This document shows, piece by piece, positions 39,441 to 48,616 of a stretch of DNA of 48,616 bases; within the stretch, counting starts at the first letter, position 1, and each line of letters starts with the position of its first letter. Made by a program: the position numbers and the translations under genes. Under the pieces are notes generated by a model that saw only the letters and a program-made list of their open reading frames with translations, was not told the DNA's origin and made no database searches. This DNA is from Catajapyx aquilonaris (taxonomy: Eukaryota), in contig JYFJ02002924.1 in the NCBI GenBank assembly GCA_000934665.2, positions 1 to 48,616 on the forward strand, written 5' to 3'.

Positions 39441-42400
39441 AGGCGAACGACGGTTCCAACTCGGGCCTGCCGAGTGATTTGTGGGAGGCTAACTGATTTT
39501 CTTCCTCCATTTCCCTCCTACTTCTGCCCTCCCCTTTTCCAACGGGGACCCACTCCTTGTTATTGGGATTCATATGCTACGGAAGGAAGCAACCGCGCTT
39601 TTAATGGCTTTGTAAAGCGCGTCCAACTTGGGGGGGCCTCCTTCGCTCCTGGCGGTAATTCCACGCTACAACTACCGCCAAGTGGTCTTCAGTCACTTGT
39701 AGGCTATCACTTGCTGAGGGAGCCATCAGTTGGCTCCTGATGTGCCGAACGATTGAAAAGCAATTATTTTCATGGAGTCGGGCATGGTATGGTTTAAAGC
39801 ATATATTCACCGTGGGTAGCAGGTTCCTTCCTTCCTTCCTTAGCTCTCGTCGTCCGTCGGCGTCGCCGCCGTCGCCGCCGCCATGGCCATTAATCCTCCC
39901 CTGGGCCCCTCGCCTGTGGTGGGCGAGGGCCCCAGCTCGCCCGGCCTCTCATTACCACCAGTCCCCTTCGCCCCAACGGGGATTCCAGGCCACGGAGCCG
40001 ACGAAAACCGAGGGCTTAGTCAGTCCTCTCTCTCCTATTCCACTATCCCACAGCCTCCTTGCACATACATCTTCCTTCCTTACACTGTAGTGCAGGCTTA
40101 GCTCGCTGCAGAAAAAAACCATATGGCGCCATTTCTGATTCAGCCTGTATGCATCTAGTACAAGTGCATGCCAATAGGGTTGCTGACAGGTTGGACGGAT
40201 GAAGAGAGAACATGTACCCCTCTCCTCTCATCCGCCGCACACCTCCACCACCACCCTTTGCCCCCAGGCCCCATTAGGAGGCAATTAGGTTATGCCCAAA
40301 AGCTGACGGGCGTACGCCGACATGGCAGCGTGGAGTCCTCGGCAGTTGTCACGGCTTTTGACATACGCTAATTTGCTTGTTGTGCCGATTTGCTGCGCCC
40401 TGATGCACCGTGTGTGAGTGTGTGGAAGCAGACGGGATGGAGACCCAGCATAGAGCGGCGCAGGCGCAGGTTCAGAACTGTTTGTGTGTTTGTGTGTGAG
40501 AAAAGCCGCATTATGGGGTTTGGGGAAGGTAGACTGGCTTAATGAGGGCGCACTTTACAACCGGGAGAGAGGTAGAGAAGGATTATTTCATTCCGACGTG
40601 ATCTGAAAGTCGCTGGGATTTTAAATGCGGAAATTCCAAGGGGGGGAAAGATTGAGGTCAATTTCGTCATTTTGGCGAGGATGATGAGACATTATCATTT
40701 TGTCTGATGTTTGCAGGCATTCCGTGCAGGTCACTCTAAATATTCCTCGTATCGATAAATCGCGTATATCGATTTGGGATATGGAGATGTCTACCTGTGA
40801 CACTTCTGAAGACGCAAACCACCGAAGGAGAAAATCAGAAATTGGGAAAAGAGAGCAAAAGAAGCGCAAAATCCCTCCCGCCTCAGTGTTGACCTGGCTG
40901 CGACTGCAAACTTTTGGATCTTGAAACTACCTCCGCCTCATATTGATGGCAATTATTGGTGGGGGGACTGAAACTGAACTTGAGCACAAATTGTCGCCTG
41001 GAATTTTAGCGAGCTCGTTAGTAAAAGTGAAGCTGATGGGAAGGGGGTTGGAGGAGTAAGGTGGAGAGATGGGGGGTGAAGATCCATCTCTAACCGCACT
41101 CGAAGCAGGAGCGAATAGGTGCCCACTCTTTTTTCCTTCCTTTATAAGAAGAGAATACAGAAAAAGGAAGAGGAAAGAAGGAAAAGGGGAAGACAAACTC
41201 GATCGGACGCGTCGGCTCCCTTTGGGCGCTCCTTTGCCCAGGTCCCCATCAGCTCTTCGGACCAACATGCTGGCTGTCCTCCCACGAGGGTTTAATGGAA
41301 ACCCCTCCTTCTGCACAGTCCTGCTTCGTTCACACTAGGCATATCCACTGCATTCAGCATTTTGGAAGAAAGGTTCGGTAACTACACAGCAGCGCCATCC
41401 GTAAGAAAATGGACCTTACGATATCAGTGTTTGTGACGGAAGCTGTTGCTGAATATAATGACGTCACATGCGACTACACCATTTTAGCTGCAGAAAATTA
41501 GTACAAAAGACTAAATTTTTTGTCAGGGGTTCCATTTGCCTGGTTCTAGACGAGTGTGTAGGCGGATTGGTGTTTGTGAAACCTAGCAACGCTGGGTGGA
41601 CTTTATAAGTGGGCTGTGACAGAAGGATTGGATGTGGAGTCGAGAGTGACCTGGGGGACTTTGGAGGATAAAGAAAAGGAAAGAGGGAAGGAGTAGGGGG
41701 TGGGTATTTCAAGGGGAGCAAGTAGGGAGAGGAGGGGCGGAGTAGAGTGGAGATGGAAACTTAGGGTTAGGAGCTGCAGAGCATGCACGCGCACCTTCTC
41801 CCCCCGGCTTCGGGGGGCTGCCTGCCTGCCTTAGTAATTGCTGGGGATGTTGAGGAGTTCTTAATGAGACGAGAAGAAGGTGATAATTTGGGCGGCAATG
41901 ATGGATAGGGATAGGAATCCATCATTGGAAAGAAATTAACAGCCTTATTTTTTGACAGTAGAAAAAAAAAGTTTTTTGAAGGGTGTCGAAGCTCAGGTGA
42001 TCTTTTTGTGTACCGCCATCAAAAAAAAGTGCCAAGAGTTTTTAGAGGCTGTGACATTACAAATTTAATATCATCCGAAAAGTTTCTTGGACCCTTGTGA
42101 CTTTGACTCACTCTGAAATTGTTAAGCGCCTAGTGTTTCTCGTTGACCAACAGGTCTGTTCTATGAGGCGCATGAGGCCTGACATAGAATGGCCTTCACG
42201 TGCCTATCTCTTATCAGGTTAGAAATGGACAAGCCCGATGTGCATCTCGTGCAGTGTTGTCCACACTTGTGATGCCTGTTGGCAAGGATATTGCAGTTAG
42301 TGTAAAGGCATGCAGCGAGACAACTAAGGCAGCTTGCAGTGTTCGGGTTGGCCCGAGCAGTGGCGGCAGGTATATAGAAGCAGCTTCACGCATCCAAGGC

Positions 42401-43129
42401 GCTATCGGAAAAACAATTTAGCCTCGAGAAATACCGCGACCTCTTCTTCTCTCATTCCGGGCTCCATCTTAATTGCGAGGCTTTGGCCAAGGTTCTAGTC
42501 TGCAGCCCTCTCTCCAGTCCTATCCGGACATCTCTACCTGATTGGAGGGTTCATGATTTCTCTAGATGTTATCACGGCTACTCTTCCGCACTATCGTTTA
42601 CTCTTTCTTGAGCCATTCCCGTCTCCTGTCCTATCTTTATTAGACCAATCGAAACAGGTGCACTATTCGTTGTGATTAGCTTACCCAAAAAGGGCGGGAG
42701 TTAAAATACAGATGCATTTCTGCTCCTGCACTTATCTAGTGGAGTTAATATTCATTAACACCATCGGTCAACACTATGGGATCCATCACTGACCAGCAAG
42801 CGAGCTCGGCATACTTACGAGGCGAAGAGAAAACGCTTCAGATTTAGGATTGATTTCTCCCAAGGGAAATATTTAAATCCCATGATCGAGAAATGGCTGT
42901 CACTCTTCACCCCTAACGAACTTTACGCCGCGGCTTTTTTCATTCCCCCTTTTCCGGCCCTCATCACGCATTTTTGCCACTTTCACTCTGTGTATTCCAA
43001 TAAAACGCTATTGATCACATTAAGCATTCCTCGCGGCAGTTGATATTGAGTCTGATTTACTCGCTTTAAGCAATATAGCTATACGCATTCAATATGATTG
43101 TGGTCTATTAAATTTTATTTTCCTCACAG

Positions 43130-43167
43130 TGCGTCAAGAAGTCTGAAATAGCCTGAAGTCGAGGATG
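43130..43167 (+). other. Candidate 38-nt exon ending in ATG
   Basis: Acceptor ATTTTATTTTCCTCACAG| (AG 43128-43129); donor ATG|GTCAGT (43168-43173); stops in all three frames before the terminal ATG. Confidence 0.3.
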
Positions 43168-45611
43168 GTCAGTGCAAATTGAGTCGGCATAAAAGTGTAG
43201 GAGACGTAGTAGGAGATGGCGGTGCTAGTCTTCCTCTTTATCTCGCAGGGTTTTGCCAATTGAATTTGAGGGTTCTCTTCTCCCTTTTGAATGTCAAAAT
43301 GCGTGGCGAGAGAGGCGCGGAGGGCGCATGGAATAGCCAATGCTCCCATAAGTGAGGACGGATAGTTCCTTTCCAGTAATTGCATTAGGAAGGTGGGAAC
43401 CGACCGATAAAAAAAAAAGCGAGCAAGAGAGATCCATGAAGGAGAGAAGAAAAATCCAGCTCAAGATGTTCCTCAAAATCTCTGGATGTTTTGATCTGTC
43501 GGTTACCAGCTTGGTCACTGAGAATTTGAAAAGACGTTGCCACCGTATAAAGTGGCAAACCCAATTTAGTACCAGACCAGTAATTATAATAAATTGTCCC
43601 ATAAAGTTGACCACATCGTTGGCTGCTCGAGCGAAACTTTTTCCATGGGAATTTATGCGCTTATGCACAGTATAAATAGGCGGACATGTGTATGTGTGTC
43701 TTGCTTGGGGCCGTTCACGGCTGAGTTTGGGCTCGCCGCCGGAATTTTTATATTGTCGTTCCGTGGCAAATGGCATCATCACCACGGATTCAGAACAGGA
43801 TTGTGAAGCTTTTGCTCCATAAAGGAGAGGGGTTTGGGTGGGGTGGGCCAAAAAGAGTTGCGAGGGAGAGAGAAAAAAGTCTATTCCAGCCAATTGTTGC
43901 CGCATTAGTTTGGGCACGGCAACCCCCAGGCCAAAAAATCGCATCTGATCCTGCCGAAAACTGGGTATTTTTTGCGTGCCTAATGCGCCTATGGGAGGGG
44001 AGGATGCTCCTATTAGTCGGGCCGAAGTTTGGTAAAAATGTGCCGCATTTGTTTGTTGTTCCCATGCCGGCCGATTAAGGCCCGGGGGCAGAAAGTTTGC
44101 CGGTACCCGGGATGGCGCCGATGCTTAATACTAAATTGGCTTCATGCCGCAAAAAGGCCATTGTAATGACTCTCATTTTGAAAACCTAAGCGGTGTCCCA
44201 GCCATATGTACATGCCGTTCTAAGTTGCAAGCTGCGAATTATGGCGCCCCCCCGTAAAGCAGCTGGCGTCGAAAGAACGTGGCCAAGATGTTTAATTTTT
44301 AGACAATGCTATAGCCCCAAGCAATGCCTATAACTAATATGTCTTCCGATATCGTACAGTGTGCGCCAGTTGAAGTAGTCCCAAGCTGCTTTGTAATAAG
44401 CAGTTACTTTCGTATGGGAGGTATTCGATAGTAAGAATGTGATGTTGATATTAGGTTGACAATACAGTATGTAATTATTGTAGGATTAGTTTATTTTATT
44501 GTTTACTACCATGTATGGTATTGTTTGGAGGACACTCCGTTTTAGCCAGAGTTTGCACAAAAAGATAATGCAAAAATTATATTGAGCATAACTCCTGGTC
44601 AGGTCCAAAATTGCAATTACTGCTCATATTTAAGAAGTAAGAATTGTCAACTTAACTTATATCAAAATTTTAGCCAATTTTTTGCAAGGTAGACCCTCCC
44701 ACTGTGGTCTATTATGTGCAATCATATGCAGGTAAGGAGAGTTGAAGAGCAATGTCTGTATCTGACAGAGTCCAGAGGCGAAGACATAAACTACTTTACC
44801 TGGTGCAGTAGCAGCAGCAGGAGGTGGGATGGGTGGGTGGTGAGGAAGTAGGGGAGGGGGGGAGAGAAGGCTGAGGGTACGCAAAAAAAAGGCGGAGAAA
44901 CTTTGGAGCTTTGGGGCTGGGTCAGTGTGAGTCAGGCACACAAGTTGGGCAGGGCGATTTGAGGAGGGAGATGTGGCGAATAAAGGCTGGATGGCCTGTT
45001 CCAGGGCCATCAGTGGAGCCTCCAGGACGTGCTGTCTGGCAAAGAAGGGCCATCGACCAAAGTTCCGCTCTCCCTTGATGGCTCGCCATTGACTGCCTAA
45101 ATGTCGGACTCAATTCGGGGATAATAGATTTGATCTGAATTAGCCTGTTTGTCGAGTGGGAGGGACCCTCCCCCACAGCAACACTTGAAGCCTCGGTGTT
45201 CTTGGCCCCAACACCAGGACTGCCGAGGGTTAATTCGATCAAAAAGTCGACTGGATTTTTTTATTTTTTTGGCAAGCGGCAAAGTTCGCAAATGGCTAAA
45301 TAGCTCGCATTAGAATATTGTATCCGGCGTCACGTAGCTGTCACAGTTTTCCAACAAAATTGCTGGAAACTGTTGCTCAAGCAGAGCATGCCGGGAAGTC
45401 ATGCCCATGTCCACATATTAATTGCAGCTGTGACTGGCAGACCAACCGAGTGATAGCTGAAGCACCGGGTAATGTGAGGTGGTTACTTACCGCATGAGAG
45501 GTCAAGGAGGCTTGTCTGCGATGGATCTGAAATTGTGGAAAAAAATTAGTTTAGAGCAGAAAATAGGCGACAAATCTGTTAGCAGCTACACTGGCATGAT
45601 AGTCCCGATGA

Positions 45612-45645
45612 GCTAACGTTAAAAACAGTGTTTCTGCAGGTAAGA
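45612..45645 (+). other. Candidate recursive splice site
   Basis: Branch-like GCTAAC (45612-45617), then GTGTTTCTGCAG|GTAAGA (AG 45638-45639). The pyrimidine tract is short and there is an intervening AG. Confidence 0.25.
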
Positions 45646-47131
45646 GGCTGCTGATAGTGCAGTTGTGTTCTGCTGGTCCTTCCCTTTCCCTTGTCTTCTC
45701 GCCCAACGCCCCTTTAATCCTGCGGATTGCTGGGCTTGAGGAAGAAGCCGCAGTCTAGGAGGAATAGGAGGGGTGGGTGGGTGGATGGGGAAGGAGGAAG
45801 ATGTTATCGCGGCGGTCACAAAAAGCAATACGCTTCCAATCTGATGGCCCAATAAGGCCGGAACTAGCCCCCTGGGCCCCCACTGGAAGCCATCGACTGC
45901 GTGCCGGATTTACTCTGCCACATCCCCCTCCTCCCAACAACCTCCTACTCCCCCCCCCCCCCACATCCCGACATTCTCCCATGCTCGCCACTGCCACCGA
46001 CATCCCCCCGACCCATCCCCAACCCACCCACCCACACACAAACACTCACTCTTCGACAACCGTGTGTGAAATTCACATGCATGATTGGCGTGGATGGTCG
46101 GCAATCCTGGCGCCGCACCTGTCGGCTCTAACCCGCGGACGTCACCCTTCCACTCAATCATCAGCTTTGCCTCCGTGATCCCACATTCCCCCCCTCTGCA
46201 CCATTCCCCTCCACCCTCCAGTCCCTGCCACTTGTGTGTTGGGATTCCTATGCATTGATAGGCTTATCAATCAGATGTTGGACCACACGACACTAAATGT
46301 TCCGATCTGACAGTTTATTGTTGTTTTGGATAGGAAAAATAATATTGCACTGGGGAATTTACAGTTCAAAGCGCGGTATTTTATTAAGCGGGAGTTTATG
46401 GGCATATCTCGGGAATAGTAATCTACAAGTAGGCCAGGCAGTTTCTCTCTGGTAACTTCATATACTGTACAAGTAATTATAAACTTGTCCATCACAGTAT
46501 TTTTGCTTGGTTTCCGTGGAGGACTTTTAGTTCTTTTCTTGCTTACGCCAAGAAAACCTACGGAGTAAGAAAACCTCGAATGTTTTCTGTTTACTGTATT
46601 TGCCGGATATCGTTTTTCTACATAACAATATACTGCAGGTTTCAATGGATAGGCCCTACTGTGTGAAATGGGGGGGGGGGGCACTGGTAATATAAATAAA
46701 TTACAAACAGATTGTCAGCTGGTATTACCCTCTACTATAGGCCAATAGGCTACAGGCTATAGGCCTCCGAACTAAGACCGAAATCTTTCCACTTTTCTTA
46801 AGGAAACCTCTTAAGGTTGTTTTTGAAAATTCGTTGTATAAGCCAATTTTTCTTGTCGAAAATTAAAACAAAGCGTGTTTGCCCCCAATGATGTTGTGCT
46901 CCACGTCTCCATAACAACGTACTGTACGTACATAAACATTTACTCCAATTGCTCCAAGGACACACAGAGGCGAGTGTAGAGTTCCTTTGCAAAATAACCA
47001 CTCGAAATGTCAATAAAATTCACTAGATACATTACATTCCAAAATAGTTGCCATGTTTTACAGTCAGCTTTCTCTTTCATTTCCTGTATAACCTGTATAA
47101 CCATAACTTTTTAAACAGATCATGTAACTGT

Positions 47132-47182
47132 TCAATAACACATGGTTAGGTTAGGTTAGGTATCAATAACACATGGTTAGGT
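47132..47182 (+). repeat. 20-bp direct duplication enclosing (TTAGG)3
   Basis: TCAATAACACATGGTTAGGT at 47132-47151 and 47163-47182; TTAGG x3 at 47146-47160. Confidence 0.85.
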
Positions 47183-47810
47183 CTAATTGCCAAAGAAATC
47201 ATGGAACATCTTGAACAAATCTTTCTGTAGAATATTTATGTTTCTAATTAAACACCTGTTGCAGATATCATCCCGATTAAGAAATTTCGCTCGAACCATG
47301 GATAAAAGTAATCTACCACCACCGGGCTGCATGATTGTTGTCTAAAGAAATAGTTTCGGCAAGCACTACTTTGTCAAAAGTCACTGCGTTTCTACACACG
47401 ACCCTCCCAATATCAGGTTTTCCATGCTCATTGGAAACAACTAAGCTACATCTCAGCAACACTGACACATTCGACACCCCCAAAAGACAACCGTAGCGTG
47501 CCACTACAACAACCGTACAAACCCTGACATCTGTCTCCGAAACTGGCATCGAGAAAAGTACAGAAAAGTAGGTGAAAATGCCCTCCCTGGCATAAAAGTG
47601 AGGGGCCGAGGGGTGGGAGGAAGTACGGGGTCAAGTGAGGGTAAAAAGGCGGTGTAAATGAGGGCGATGCATATTCTCATAGGGCGCGAATCCCCGCTTG
47701 TCTTCCGTAATCTGGGCTCCCAGCAGGCGGTGGTGAAAAGAGCCCAACCTTTCTCGTCCCGAGGCTCATCCTATATCCCTGGAAGCCTGAGGGAAAGTTG
47801 GGGGGGAGGG

Positions 47811-47828
47811 AGAGAGAGAGAGAGAGAG
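47811..47828. repeat. (AG)9 microsatellite
   Basis: Read directly from the sequence. Confidence 0.9.
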
Positions 47829-48616
47829 AAGGTAGAGGGGGGCGAAAGGCGAATGGCATTCAGCTCGCCAAACCGTGCACGCTACACTTCCCCTTGATTA
47901 TTAGGGCGAGCAGGATGGGATCATATTAGTTCGTCATTAAAGTGCCCTGGCGCGTTGTAAAATGCAACGTGGGCCAACGTTTTAGCCAGCCGTTGACACG
48001 CCGGTTAATCCATAGCCCCATTTTAGGCCAGATATGGTGGAGCTAACGAGGCGGGCTGTCTTCCTTTCCCGGGGACCCAGTTTGCACCCATTCTCATGCA
48101 GAACGTGAGAGGCGAGGGAGAGAAGGCTCACCCCCTTGGCACATGCCCAAGAGCCTTCCTTCTGATATGGCCGACCCAGGGAAACGGATTCTACACTTGG
48201 ATACGCTGCAGCTTCCTCCGGATGGACCAACCCCAAAACCCAATGTCCACAAGGTACGCATCAGTCGTAGACAATCCTCAAGAAGAATCGGTTGGTACTC
48301 CTGGATCTCTACATATATCGTAGTGACACTATATTGATTCAGTACCAGGGTTTTTTTTTTCTATGAAAGGTCAGGACTAGAGGCCATCCTTCCGGGCTCT
48401 CGACCGAAAATCGGTGCCCAATGGAGGAAACTGATAAGGCAGGCAGGCAGCCAGACCCATGCCCCTACTGGACGCTTCCTCCCCAAAAAGGGGAGGCTGG
48501 AGGTAGGGAGGAGGAAGGAAGACCCTTCTCCGCCTGTGCTGACCCCTTGCCCGCCAGCTAGCCAGTGAATTTCCTACTTTCCATTTGAATCGTTTCTTCT
48601 TCGTCATGGGGAGGGG

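Noticed and set aside
5109..40502. Scattered Su(H)/CSL sites (YGTGRGAA), e.g. 8609, 21103, 24726, 25641, 37756
   Set aside because: The count is close to chance expectation (about 6 on both strands) and there is no paired-site arrangement.
43294..43944. Longest ORF (216 aa, minus strand)
   Set aside because: No recognisable domain or splice support; this length can arise by chance at about 50% GC. A BLASTP hit would overturn this.
1..48616. Prokaryotic systems (CRISPR, operons, defence islands), rRNA/tRNA, intact TEs
   Set aside because: No regularly spaced repeats, no gene-dense coding, and no conserved RNA gene or transposase/RT motifs seen.

Overview
This is eukaryotic, almost entirely non-coding DNA (intergenic or long-intron type). 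It is probably arthropod, inferred from a TTAGG run, TCAGTY initiator-like motifs, TATCGATA motifs and no obvious CpG depletion; this cannot be proven from the window. None of the supplied ORFs resembles a protein family I recognise. I found no rRNA, tRNA, CRISPR array, intact transposase or reverse transcriptase. The window alternates AT-rich spacers with GC-rich blocks full of polypurine/polypyrimidine tracts and TAAT/TAATTA motifs. Best-supported structure: (i) two perfect 66-67 nt foldback palindromes (14140-14205, 25225-25291), each with hints of retroelement-end origin; (ii) a promoter-like zone at about 29.1-32.9 kb; (iii) downstream of it on the + strand, a textbook 84-nt exon (38994-39077), a 38-nt exon candidate ending in ATG (43130-43167) and AG|GTAAG junctions resembling recursive splice sites (33996, 45639), which together suggest the 5' end of a large long-intron gene; (iv) a CRE/AP-1 cluster; (v) a short telomere-like insert inside a 20-bp duplication. 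I cannot support a claim of a new biological system; the findings are testable candidates only.
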